A stretch of DNA of 64,000 bases from an uncultured Verrucomicrobiae bacterium. GTDB taxonomy: Bacteria; Verrucomicrobiota; Verrucomicrobiia; Limisphaerales; UBA11358. The notes under the pieces were generated by a model, which made no database searches, was not told the origin of the DNA, and saw only the letters and a program-made list of their open reading frames with translations. The DNA is taken from NCBI GenBank assembly GCA_963714695.1, contig CAVQPQ010000003.1, positions 616,866 through 680,865 on the forward strand, read 5' to 3'. Shown in pieces: positions 35,828-45,297 of this stretch. The first letter of the stretch is position 1, and the number at the start of each line of letters is the position of its first letter. A program made the translations under genes and the position numbers.

Positions 35828-38050
35828 ATGAATCAATTCACGCGCCGGGTTTTGTTTCTCCTGTTTTTTTTATCCGGGTTTTGCAGCCTCGCGTATCAGG
35901 TAGTCTGGACACGCATGGCTTTTGCGTCTTTCGGGATCATTACTCCGGTGCTCTCCGTGGTGCTTTCGGTGTTCATGCTGGGACTGGGGGTGGGTTCATG
36001 GGCGGGTGGGTGCTGGATCTCCGGCTTGGTCCGGAGAACGGGCCGGTCAGCCATCATCTTTTACGCCTTTGCCGAACTGTTGATCGGGGTGGGCGCGTTT
36101 GCGGTTCCGAAGTTGTTCGCCTTGGGCGAGCACACTTTGCTGGCAACCGGTCAGACGGATTCATTCCGTTATCTGTCGCTTTCGGCCCTGGTCCTGACGG
36201 CCGCCATTCTGCCCTGGTGTGTGTGCATGGGCACAACCTTCCCCTTCATGATGGCCTACATCCGGGAGCAGTACCGTGACGACACGCAAAGTTTCAGTTT
36301 TCTTTACCTCGCGAATGTGCTTGGCGCCATGAGCGGGACATTACTGACGGCGGTCGTCTGGGTGGAAATCCTGGGATTCCGCCACACCCTTTGGCTGGCG
36401 GCCGCCAGTAACTTCACCATTGCCACCATCGGCGTCGCTCTGGGCTGGCGGCGGCATCCGGCGGTCGTCCCGCAGGAAAAGGCCGGGCACCCGGCCCCTG
36501 ACACCGGATCGCCACGTTCTCCGATGCTTCCGGGATGGATGATCAAGGTGATTTTGTTTGCAACCGGTTTTGTCGCCATGGCCATGGAGGTGGTTTGGAC
36601 CCGTGCATTCACACCGGTCTTGAAAACCCAGGTGTATTCCTTCGCTCTGATTGTTTTCACCTATTTGGGGGCCACTTTTCTTGGCTCGTTGATGTATCGC
36701 CGGGATCTGCGAAGGCATTGTCCCCGTTCGATTGGGAAATTGATTTCCGCGCTGGCGATCACGGTTTTTCTGCCGGTACTGGCCAACGATTCGCGGCTGG
36801 TGACGGCACATTTCTGGACCAGTTCCATGGATGCAGTCAGCGCGATGATTGTACTGGCCAGCCTTTGCCCTTTTTGCGCTTTGTTGGGTTATTTGACCCC
36901 GGGCCTGATTGATGAGTATGGAGCCGGTCGGCCGAAAAACGCCGGACAGGCCTACGCCATCAATGTCCTGGGCTGCATCCTGGGTCCGCTCTTCGCCTGC
37001 TATGTATTACTTCCCCGCTGTAGCGAGCGTCATGCCTTGATTCTACTCAGCCTGCCGTTTCTGGCGCTGGGCTTCTTTCTTTACCAACCCCGTTTCCAGT
37101 GGCAACGCTGGGGGATGGGATTCGCCACCGGAGCGGTGCTCGTCTGGGCCGCGTTCTTCTCCGAAGATTTTGAAGGGATGCTGTCAAAAAGCGCCAAGCA
37201 CACCGTTATCCGGCGGGATTACACCGCGTCGGTTATTTCCTTCGGCGAAGGCTCGGAGCGGTTTCTGCTGGTCAATGGCATTGGCATGACCCGGTTGACG
37301 CCCATTACCAAGTTCATGGCCCATTTGCCACTGGCTTTTCACAATGGCCGCCCGGAATCGGCTCTGATCATCTGTTTCGGCATGGGCACAACCTATCGCT
37401 CGGCCTTGAGTTGGAAGCTCCAGACCACCGCCGTGGAACTGGTGCCTAGCGTGATGAATGCTTTTGGATTTTATCATCCGGATGCGGCGCGCTTTGTCAA
37501 CGACCCCAACGGACGAATTGTCATTGATGATGGCCGGCGTTATCTCAACCGTATCACCAATAAATTCGACGTCATCGTGGTTGACCCGCCGCCACCGGTT
37601 GAAGCGGCCGGTTCCAGTCTGCTCTTTTCCCGGGAGTTCTGCGTTCTGGCCCGACAACATTTGAAGCCCGGCGGTATTCTTCAATTATGGTATCCCGGTG
37701 GGAACGACAACACCACGGCCGAAGCCGTCGTCCGCGCGGTCCGTGAGTCGTTTCCCTGCATGCGCTGCTTCCCATCAATGGAAGGCGGAGGCCTGCATCT
37801 GCTCGCCTCCTCGGAACCCATCGAGATGCAGACCGCTGCAGCCTTGGCGGCGAACATGCCCGCCGCCGCAAAAACCGATTTGTTAGAGTGGAGCCCTTCC
37901 CCCAATTTGCCAGGTTATTTAAACTTGGTTGTCGCGCACGAAATTCCCATCAAAAATCTCTTAAATTCCAACCCTAAAGTTCAAATCACCGATGACCACC
38001 CCTTCAACGAGTATTATCTGTTACGGCAGTTGGGCCTGGGTTGGCGCTGA
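35828..38050 (+). CDS. Polytopic membrane protein fused to a spermidine-synthase-fold (class I SAM-dependent transferase) domain, tandem copy 1
   Basis: 740 aa. N-terminus FFLSGFCSLAYQVVWTRMAF plus ~12 hydrophobic segments. C-terminal domain ICFGMGTTYRS...FDVIVVDPPPPVEAAGSSLLFSREF...LKPGGILQLW. Confidence 0.85.
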   Translation: MNQFTRRVLFLLFFLSGFCSLAYQVVWTRMAFASFGIITPVLSVVLSVFMLGLGVGSWAGGCWISGLVRRTGRSAIIFYAFAELLIGVGAFAVPKLFALGEHTLLATGQTDSFRYLSLSALVLTAAILPWCVCMGTTFPFMMAYIREQYRDDTQSFSFLYLANVLGAMSGTLLTAVVWVEILGFRHTLWLAAASNFTIATIGVALGWRRHPAVVPQEKAGHPAPDTGSPRSPMLPGWMIKVILFATGFVAMAMEVVWTRAFTPVLKTQVYSFALIVFTYLGATFLGSLMYRRDLRRHCPRSIGKLISALAITVFLPVLANDSRLVTAHFWTSSMDAVSAMIVLASLCPFCALLGYLTPGLIDEYGAGRPKNAGQAYAINVLGCILGPLFACYVLLPRCSERHALILLSLPFLALGFFLYQPRFQWQRWGMGFATGAVLVWAAFFSEDFEGMLSKSAKHTVIRRDYTASVISFGEGSERFLLVNGIGMTRLTPITKFMAHLPLAFHNGRPESALIICFGMGTTYRSALSWKLQTTAVELVPSVMNAFGFYHPDAARFVNDPNGRIVIDDGRRYLNRITNKFDVIVVDPPPPVEAAGSSLLFSREFCVLARQHLKPGGILQLWYPGGNDNTTAEAVVRAVRESFPCMRCFPSMEGGGLHLLASSEPIEMQTAAALAANMPAAAKTDLLEWSPSPNLPGYLNLVVAHEIPIKNLLNSNPKVQITDDHPFNEYYLLRQLGLGWR

Positions 38051-38306
38051 TTCGCTCTTAACCTGAGCCGACAAAACTTAGTTCCGACAGGGATTTGAAT
38101 TGGATGACTCGCCCGCCAGTTCGCCAGGCGCAACTGCGGCACGACTTCACCGAAGCCGATTATGATGTAGCAGCGTTCAGCAGACCGCCGCATCTCTTTT
38201 CCATGTTTTTTCAGATGGCGGCGCTCTGCCGAAAGCCGCTGCATTCCCCGGCCCAAGGTTTTTGAAGCTTGTCCCGGGCGGGCATGACGTGTAGAGGGTA
38301 GGCCGC

Positions 38307-40525
38307 ATGAATCAATTCACGCGCCGGGTTTTGTTTCTCCTGTTTTTTTTATCCGGGTTTTGCAGTCTCGCTTATCAGGTGGTATGGACGCGCATGGCCT
38401 TTGCCTCGTTCGGCATCATCACTCCGGTGCTTTCCGTGGTGTTGTCGGTCTTCATGCTGGGACTGGCCGCCGGTTCCTGGGCGGGCGGGCGATGCATTGT
38501 TTCACTGGTTGAGAAAACCGGGCTTTCGGCGGTCGTCTTTTACGCGGGCGCGGAATTTTTGATCGGACTGGGCGCGTTCGCGGTTCCCAAATTATTTGCC
38601 ATGGGCGAGCACATTTTGCTGGCCGCGGGTCAAACCAATTCCATCGGCTACCTTTCCTTGTCGGCCCTGGTTCTGGCGTTTTCCATTCTGCCCTGGTGCC
38701 TGTTCATGGGGACAACCTTTCCCCTGATGATGGCTTACATCCGGGAGCGGGACTGTAAAAACACGGAAAGTTTCAGCTTTCTCTATCTGGCCAACGTGTT
38801 GGGGGCGATGAGCGGCACGCTTTTGACCGCCGTGGTTCTGGTCGAACTGTTGGGATTCCGCCACACGCTTTGGGTGGCGGCCGCCGGCAATTTCACCATC
38901 ACCTTCATCGGAGGTTGTCTGGGCTGGAAACAACGAGATTTTGCGGCCAGGGGCTTGACGGAGGCGGATAATTCAGCCGGGCCGGGCAACCCGCCCTCCG
39001 CTGGCCCTTCCCGCAGCCGGCTGATCAAATGGATTTTGTTTTCGACGGGTTTTGGCGCAATGGCCATGGAAGTGGTTTGGACGCGCGCGTTCACGCCGGT
39101 TTTGAAAACACAGGTGTATTCCTTTGCCCTGGTCGTCTTTACCTATCTGGGCGCAACGTTTGCCGGCTCGTGGTGGTATCGCCATCATCTCAGAAATAAG
39201 TCACCTTGGCCGGTGGCAACACTGATGGCGCTGCTCGTGATCGCCGTTTTTCTTCCCGTGGCAGTCAACGACCCCAGAATTGTGAACATGGACTGGATGT
39301 TTACCGTCTATGTCGGCAGCGCGATGATGGTGCTGGCGAGCATCGTACCGCTTTGTGCCATCCTGGGGTATTTGACGCCGAGTTTGATTGACGGATATGC
39401 CGGCGGCCAGCCCGGCCTTGCCGGCGAGGCTTATGCCATCAATGTTCTCGGTTGCATTTTGGGGCCGTTGTTCGCCTGCTATGTTCTGTTGCCTTGGATG
39501 GGCGAGTCCTGCGCGCTGATGATTCTCAGCCTGCCTTTTTTGGCGTTTTATTTTCTTGGTTGGAAATCGCTACCCATGGGACAACGCCTGTTTTCGAGTC
39601 TGGCCGCTGGCGCGCTCGCGAGCTATTCATTGTTTTTCCCACACAACTATCAAGATTATGTGTCGAGGCAATCCAGCCGGATGGAAGTGCGGCGGGACTA
39701 TGCCGCCTCGGTCATTTCCGCCCAGGTGGTGGGCGGCAAGGTGCTTTTGGTTAATGGCATCGGCATGACCAAACTGACGCCGATCACCAAATTCATGGTT
39801 CATTTGCCGCTGGCTTTTCATCTAGGAAAACCTGAATCGGCGCTGATCATCTGCTTCGGCATGGGCACCAGCTACCGGTCGGCATTGAGCTGGGACATTG
39901 ATACCACAGCGGTGGAATTGGTGCCCAGCGTGACGAAGGCGTTCGGATTTTACCACACCAACGCGGCGCAAATTCTGGCCAATCCCAAAGGACACGTCGT
40001 GATTGACGACGGGCGGCGTTTTCTTCGACGCACCCGGGAAAAATTTGACGTGATTGTGATTGACCCGCCGCCACCGGTGGAAACTGCCGGGTCCAGCCTC
40101 CTTTTTTCCGCGGAATTTTACGCCCTGGCCAAACAGCATTTGAACCCGCACGGAATTCTCCAGGCTTGGTTCCCCGGGGAGATCGGGTGACCACGCAAGC
40201 CGCCTTGCGCTCCATTCACGACGCGTTCCCCCACGTGCGTTGTTTTCATTCCGTGGAAGGCTGGGGCATGCACATGCTGGCGTCAATGGATCCCGTCGAA
40301 GTGCCGACCCCCGAACAACTCCTGGTGCGCATGCCCGCCAGTGCAAGCAACGACTTGTTGGAATGGTCCGACGCCCGTGATTTGCCTGCGTATGTGGGAC
40401 AGGTGGTTTTGCGCGAGGTCCCCGTTGAAAAAAGCCTCAACCCGGATTCCGCAATTCAAATCACCGATGACCATCCCCTCAACGAATACTTCCTGTTGCG
40501 ACAGAAGGGCCTGTTTGAATACTGA
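38307..40525 (+). pseudogene. Tandem copy 2 of the same family, interrupted by a 1-nt frame change in a C4G4 run (40172-40179)
   Basis: ORF 38307-40190 ends ...ILQAWFPGEIG*. ORF 40166-40525 continues the homology (DRVTTQAALRSIHDAFPHVRCF...) in another frame. Confidence 0.8.
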
Positions 40526-40691
40526 CGTCCCTTCGCTGCCGGCACATCCGGCGCCGGACCTGGCGAGCCGGTGGACAGACTGCAACTCGACGCAAAGCCG
40601 TTCGCGCAGGCATTGTTTGCTGAAAACGACCTGAGTTATTGGAAGGATTGAAGCTTGTATGAACCGATCAACGCGTGTAGTTGTAAACTCC

Positions 40692-42896
40692 ATGAATCAA
40701 TTCACGCGCCGGGTTTTGTTTCTCCTGTTTTTTTTATCCGGGTTTTGCAGTCTCGCTTATCAGGTGGTATGGACGCGCATGGCCTTTGCCTCGTTCGGCA
40801 TCATCACTCCGGTGCTTTCCGTGGTGTTGTCGGTCTTCATGCTGGGACTGGCCGCCGGTTCCTGGGCGGGCGGGCGATGCATTGTTTCACTGGTTGAGAA
40901 AACCGGGCTTTCGGCGGTCGTCTTTTACGCGGGCGCGGAATTTTTGATCGGACTGGGCGCGTTCGCGGTTCCCAAATTATTTGCCATGGGCGAGCACATT
41001 TTGCTGGCCGCGGGTCAAACCAATTCCATCGGCTACCTTTCCTTGTCGGCCCTGGTTCTGGCGTTTTCCATTCTGCCCTGGTGCCTGTTCATGGGGACAA
41101 CCTTTCCCCTGATGATGGCTTACATCCGGGAGCGGGACTGTAAAAACACGGAAAGTTTCAGCTTTCTCTATCTGGCCAACGTGTTGGGGGCGATGAGCGG
41201 CACGCTTTTGACCGCCGTGGTTCTGGTCGAACTGTTGGGATTCCGCCACACGCTTTGGGTGGCGGCCGCCGGCAATTTCACCATCACCTTCATCGGAGGT
41301 TGTCTGGGCTGGAAACAACGAGATTTTGCGGCCAGGGGCTTGACGGAGGCGGATAATTCAGCCGGGCCGGGCAACCCGCCCTCCGCTGGCCCTTCCCGCA
41401 GCCGGCTGATCAAATGGATTTTGTTTTCGACGGGTTTTGGCGCAATGGCCATGGAAGTGGTTTGGACGCGCGCGTTCACGCCGGTTTTGAAAACACAGGT
41501 GTATTCCTTTGCCCTGGTCGTCTTTACCTATCTGGGCGCAACGTTTGCCGGCTCGTGGTGGTATCGCCATCATCTCAGAAATAATCGTCGGCACTCGCTG
41601 GCGGAACTGATTGGCTGGCTGACGGTGGCGGCCTTCCTCCCCGTCCTGGTCAATGATCCCCGATTCGTGAAGGCGAACTGGCTCTATAGCGCCGATCTCA
41701 TCAGTACGGTTATTGTGCTGGCCAGCATTTGCCCGCTCTGCGCGATCCTGGGTTATCTGACTCCGAGCCTGATTGATGAATACTCGGCTGGCCGGCCGGC
41801 TGATGCCGGCGAAGCTTATGCGATCAATGTCCTCGGTTGCATCTTGGGACCGTTGTTCGCATCCTATATTTTGCTGCCTTGGATCAGCGAGCGATATGCG
41901 TTGATCGTCCTCGGCCTGCCTCTGGCGGTGTTTTACATCCTCAGTTGCAAATCACTGTCTTGGCCGAAACGCCTGGGATGGGGGCTTGGCACCCTGGTGG
42001 CACCGGTCCTGGCGCTGTTTTTTTCACGGGATTTTGAAGGCTTGCTGCTGAGTCAGAACAATAACATGGTTGTCCGGCGTGATTACGCCGCTTCCGTCAT
42101 TTCCTTTGGCAAAGGATTGGACAAAAAACTGCTGGTTAACGGCATGGGCATGACCTCCCTGACGCCGATCACCAAATTCATGGTTCATTTGCCGCTGGCT
42201 TTTCATCCAGGAAAACCTGAATCGGCGCTGATCATCTGCTTCGGCATGGGCACCAGCTACCGGTCGGCATTGAGCTGGGACATTGATACCACAGCGGTGG
42301 AATTGGTGCCCAGCGTGACGAAGGCGTTCGGATTTTACCACACCAACGCGGCGCAAATTCTGGCCAATCCCAAAGGACACGTCGTGATTGACGACGGGCG
42401 GCGTTTTCTTCGACGCACCCGGGAAAAATTTGACGTGATTGTGATTGACCCGCCGCCACCAGTTCAGGCTGCGGGTTCCAGCCTGCTCTATTCCAGGGAA
42501 TTTTATGCGTTGGCCAGAGAACATCTCAAGCCCGGCGGCATCCTCCAGATGTGGTTCCCGGTGGGAGAGAACGTGACGGAACAGGCCATCGTTCGTTCCA
42601 TCCACGAGTCGTTCCCTTACGTGCGTTACTTTCCATCCGTAGAAGGCTGGGGCCTTCATATGCTGGCTTCTGGGGAACCCATCGAAACGCTTGACGCAAA
42701 CCAATTGGCAGCGCGAATGCCGGAAGGGGCAAAAACAGACATGATGGAATGGACTTCCGCCCGGGATGTGCCCTATTACATCGGGTTGGTGATATCCCAC
42801 GAAATCCCCCCCCAAAAAATCCTCAACCCCGACCCCGCAATCCACATTACCGACGACCAACCCTTTAACGAATATTATTTGCTTCGAGAGTTGTAA
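40692..42896 (+). CDS. Tandem copy 3 of the same family
   Basis: The start is taken at the conserved MNQFTRRVLF. An upstream ATG at 40659 is an alternative. The first 296 aa are identical to copy 2. Confidence 0.85.
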   Translation: MNQFTRRVLFLLFFLSGFCSLAYQVVWTRMAFASFGIITPVLSVVLSVFMLGLAAGSWAGGRCIVSLVEKTGLSAVVFYAGAEFLIGLGAFAVPKLFAMGEHILLAAGQTNSIGYLSLSALVLAFSILPWCLFMGTTFPLMMAYIRERDCKNTESFSFLYLANVLGAMSGTLLTAVVLVELLGFRHTLWVAAAGNFTITFIGGCLGWKQRDFAARGLTEADNSAGPGNPPSAGPSRSRLIKWILFSTGFGAMAMEVVWTRAFTPVLKTQVYSFALVVFTYLGATFAGSWWYRHHLRNNRRHSLAELIGWLTVAAFLPVLVNDPRFVKANWLYSADLISTVIVLASICPLCAILGYLTPSLIDEYSAGRPADAGEAYAINVLGCILGPLFASYILLPWISERYALIVLGLPLAVFYILSCKSLSWPKRLGWGLGTLVAPVLALFFSRDFEGLLLSQNNNMVVRRDYAASVISFGKGLDKKLLVNGMGMTSLTPITKFMVHLPLAFHPGKPESALIICFGMGTSYRSALSWDIDTTAVELVPSVTKAFGFYHTNAAQILANPKGHVVIDDGRRFLRRTREKFDVIVIDPPPPVQAAGSSLLYSREFYALAREHLKPGGILQMWFPVGENVTEQAIVRSIHESFPYVRYFPSVEGWGLHMLASGEPIETLDANQLAARMPEGAKTDMMEWTSARDVPYYIGLVISHEIPPQKILNPDPAIHITDDQPFNEYYLLREL

Positions 42897-43065
42897 CCGC
42901 TCAAATTCCCCAGGCTGACAACAACGAGGAGGCCGGCCAGAGGGCGCAGGGTTTGCCGCCATTCGCACCGAGTACGGGGTTGGGTGATCTGCATGACAGA
43001 TTGATTCCGGCCCTAGGTTTTTGAAGCTTGTCCCGGGCAGGCATGACGTGTAGAGGGTAAGCCGC

Positions 43066-45285
43066 ATGAACCAATTCATACGACGGGTTTTGTTTTCCCT
43101 GTTTTTTTTGTCCGGTTTTTGCAGCCTCGTCTATCAGGTCGTTTGGACGCGCATGGCCTTTGCCTCGTTCGGGATCATTACTCCGGTTCTGTCCGTGGTG
43201 CTCTCGGTCTTCATGCTGGGACTGGCGGTGGGCTCCTGGGGCGGAGGCCGGTTCATCGCCGTACTGGTGCAAAAGACCGGGATGTCGGCAGCCATCTTTT
43301 ACGCCCTGGCGGAAACGGTGATTGGGGTGGGGGCCTTTGCAGTTCCAAGGCTGTTTACGGCGGGGGAGCATTTTCTGCTGGCGACTGGCCAGACCAATTC
43401 GGTGAGTTATCTGGCCTTTTCAGCACTGGTATTGGCGGCGTCAATATTGCCGTGGTGCGTGTGCATGGGGGCGACGTTTCCGTTGATGATGGCGTACGTG
43501 CGGGAACGGGAGCGCGGGAGCACGGAAAGTTTCAGTTTTTTGTATCTGGCCAATGTGCTGGGGGCGATGAGCGGGACAATAATTACAGCCGTGGTGTTGG
43601 TGGAGTTGTTGGGATTTCGGCACACGTTGTGGCTGGCGGCGGCGGGGAACTTCAGCATTGCGATGATCAGTGGGTGGCTGGGGTGGCGGCTGCGTGGTTC
43701 CATCGCCAGTCTCCCACGGGAGGCGAAAGGTCCTCCGGCGGGAGCGGCTGACCAACGGCGGCCCGGTTTGTCCAGCCGGTGGATCAAATGGATATTGTTT
43801 ACAACGGGATTTGGCGCGATGGCGATGGAGGTGGTTTGGACGCGGGCGTTCACCCCGGTGTTGAAGACGGAGGTGTATTCGTTTGCGATGATCGTGTTCA
43901 CGTATTTGGGGGCGACTTTCTTAGGTTCATGGCGGTATCGGCGCGATCTCAAAAAAAAATCATTGTGGCCGGCGGCCAAGTTGATTGCGCTTTTGACCAT
44001 TGCGGTTTTCCTGCCCATCCTGGCCAGCGACCCCACGTTCGTGAGGATGGACTTGACGGAATCAAAATATGTCACCAGCGCGATCATTGTCCTGGCCAGC
44101 ATCTGTCCGTTTTGTGCCGTTCTGGGTTATCTGACCCCCAGCCTGATTGACGCATACGCCACCGGCTCTCCGGCAGTGGCGGGCCGGGCCTATGCGCTCA
44201 ACGTTCTCGGTTGCATTTTGGGGCCGCTCTTCGCGTCCTATGTTTTGCTGCCGTGGGTGGGCGAGCGATCCGCCATCATTGTGCTCAGCCTGCCCTTTCT
44301 TGGGTTTTATTTACTTTGCGGGAAATCCCTGACTCATCGGTGGCGCTGGGGATTCGGACTGGCGGCCGGCACGACTCTGGCCTGGTCCTGGTTTTGCTCG
44401 GGAGACTTTCAAAGTTTTGTATCGAGCAACGGGAAAGAAACCGTGGTGCGAAGAGACTATGCCGCAGAGGTCATTTCCTGTTATGAAGGGGACGGCAAAC
44501 GTCTTTTGGTCAATGGCATTGGCATGACCGTCTTGACTCCCATCACCAAATTCATGGTTCATTTGCCGCTGGCTTTTCATCAGGGAAAACCGGAATCGGC
44601 CCTGGTTATTTGTTTCGGCATGGGCACTACTTATCGTTCCGCTTTGAGCTGGGATATTGACACCACGGCGGTGGAACTGGTGCCGGGTGTGACGAAGGCT
44701 TTTGGATTTTATCACGCGGATGCGGCACAGGTGCTCAACAATTCCAAGGGCCGCATTGTTGTGGATGACGGGCGGCGCTTTCTGATGCGGACCCGGCAAA
44801 AGTTTGACGTGATTGTCATTGACCCGCCGCCACCGCCGGAAGCGGCGGGTTCCAGCCTGCTCTATTCCAAAGAATTTTATGAGCTCGCCCGGCAACACAT
44901 GAAACCCCACGGGATTCTCCAGGCGTGGTTTCCGCGTGGGGAGGCGGTGACCGTTCAGGCCGTCGTCCGGTCCCTCCAGGATTCATTTCCGTATGTCCGT
45001 TGTTTTCTTTCCGCGGAAAAATGGGGTGTTCATTTGCTGGCTTCCGCGGAGCCAATCGAAATGCTCGAGGCGCAGCAGCTTGCGGCGCGGATGCCCGCCA
45101 AGGCAAAGCAGGATTTGTTGGAATGGGATCCTTCCCAGGAGGTGTCTGCTTACATCGAACGGGTCGTTACCAACGAATATTCCGTCCCCACCATCCTCAA
45201 CCCCAACCTCAAAGTCCAAATTACCGATGACCACCCATTCAATGAATATTTCCTGCTGCGGCGGTCGGGTCTGTATGGGCATTGA
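43066..45285 (+). CDS. Tandem copy 4 of the same family
   Basis: 739 aa: MNQFIRRVLFSLFFLSGFCSLVYQVVWTRMAF...VIVIDPPPPPEAAGSSLLYSKEF. Confidence 0.85.
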   Translation: MNQFIRRVLFSLFFLSGFCSLVYQVVWTRMAFASFGIITPVLSVVLSVFMLGLAVGSWGGGRFIAVLVQKTGMSAAIFYALAETVIGVGAFAVPRLFTAGEHFLLATGQTNSVSYLAFSALVLAASILPWCVCMGATFPLMMAYVRERERGSTESFSFLYLANVLGAMSGTIITAVVLVELLGFRHTLWLAAAGNFSIAMISGWLGWRLRGSIASLPREAKGPPAGAADQRRPGLSSRWIKWILFTTGFGAMAMEVVWTRAFTPVLKTEVYSFAMIVFTYLGATFLGSWRYRRDLKKKSLWPAAKLIALLTIAVFLPILASDPTFVRMDLTESKYVTSAIIVLASICPFCAVLGYLTPSLIDAYATGSPAVAGRAYALNVLGCILGPLFASYVLLPWVGERSAIIVLSLPFLGFYLLCGKSLTHRWRWGFGLAAGTTLAWSWFCSGDFQSFVSSNGKETVVRRDYAAEVISCYEGDGKRLLVNGIGMTVLTPITKFMVHLPLAFHQGKPESALVICFGMGTTYRSALSWDIDTTAVELVPGVTKAFGFYHADAAQVLNNSKGRIVVDDGRRFLMRTRQKFDVIVIDPPPPPEAAGSSLLYSKEFYELARQHMKPHGILQAWFPRGEAVTVQAVVRSLQDSFPYVRCFLSAEKWGVHLLASAEPIEMLEAQQLAARMPAKAKQDLLEWDPSQEVSAYIERVVTNEYSVPTILNPNLKVQITDDHPFNEYFLLRRSGLYGH

Positions 45286-45297
45286 TTCGCATTTGAA

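Noticed and set aside
35512-35829. N-terminal extensions of tracked ORFs: comM to 35829, GT-C to 53428, FN3 from 4825, receiver from 5881, guaA from 53105
   Set aside because: The extensions run through conserved leaders, repeats or neighbouring genes. Homology begins at the internal start codons used in the feature list.
42024-43079. 351-aa minus-strand ORF, and similar ORFs antisense to the four paralogs
   Set aside because: They are antisense to the membrane/SpeE-fold genes. Their repetition simply mirrors the paralogy.
45286-45297. Looked for an FMN (RFN) riboswitch upstream of ribD and ribE
   Set aside because: Only 12 nt separate ribD from the preceding gene. The ribD-ribE spacer contains a REP-like inverted repeat, not the conserved FMN-aptamer core sequences.
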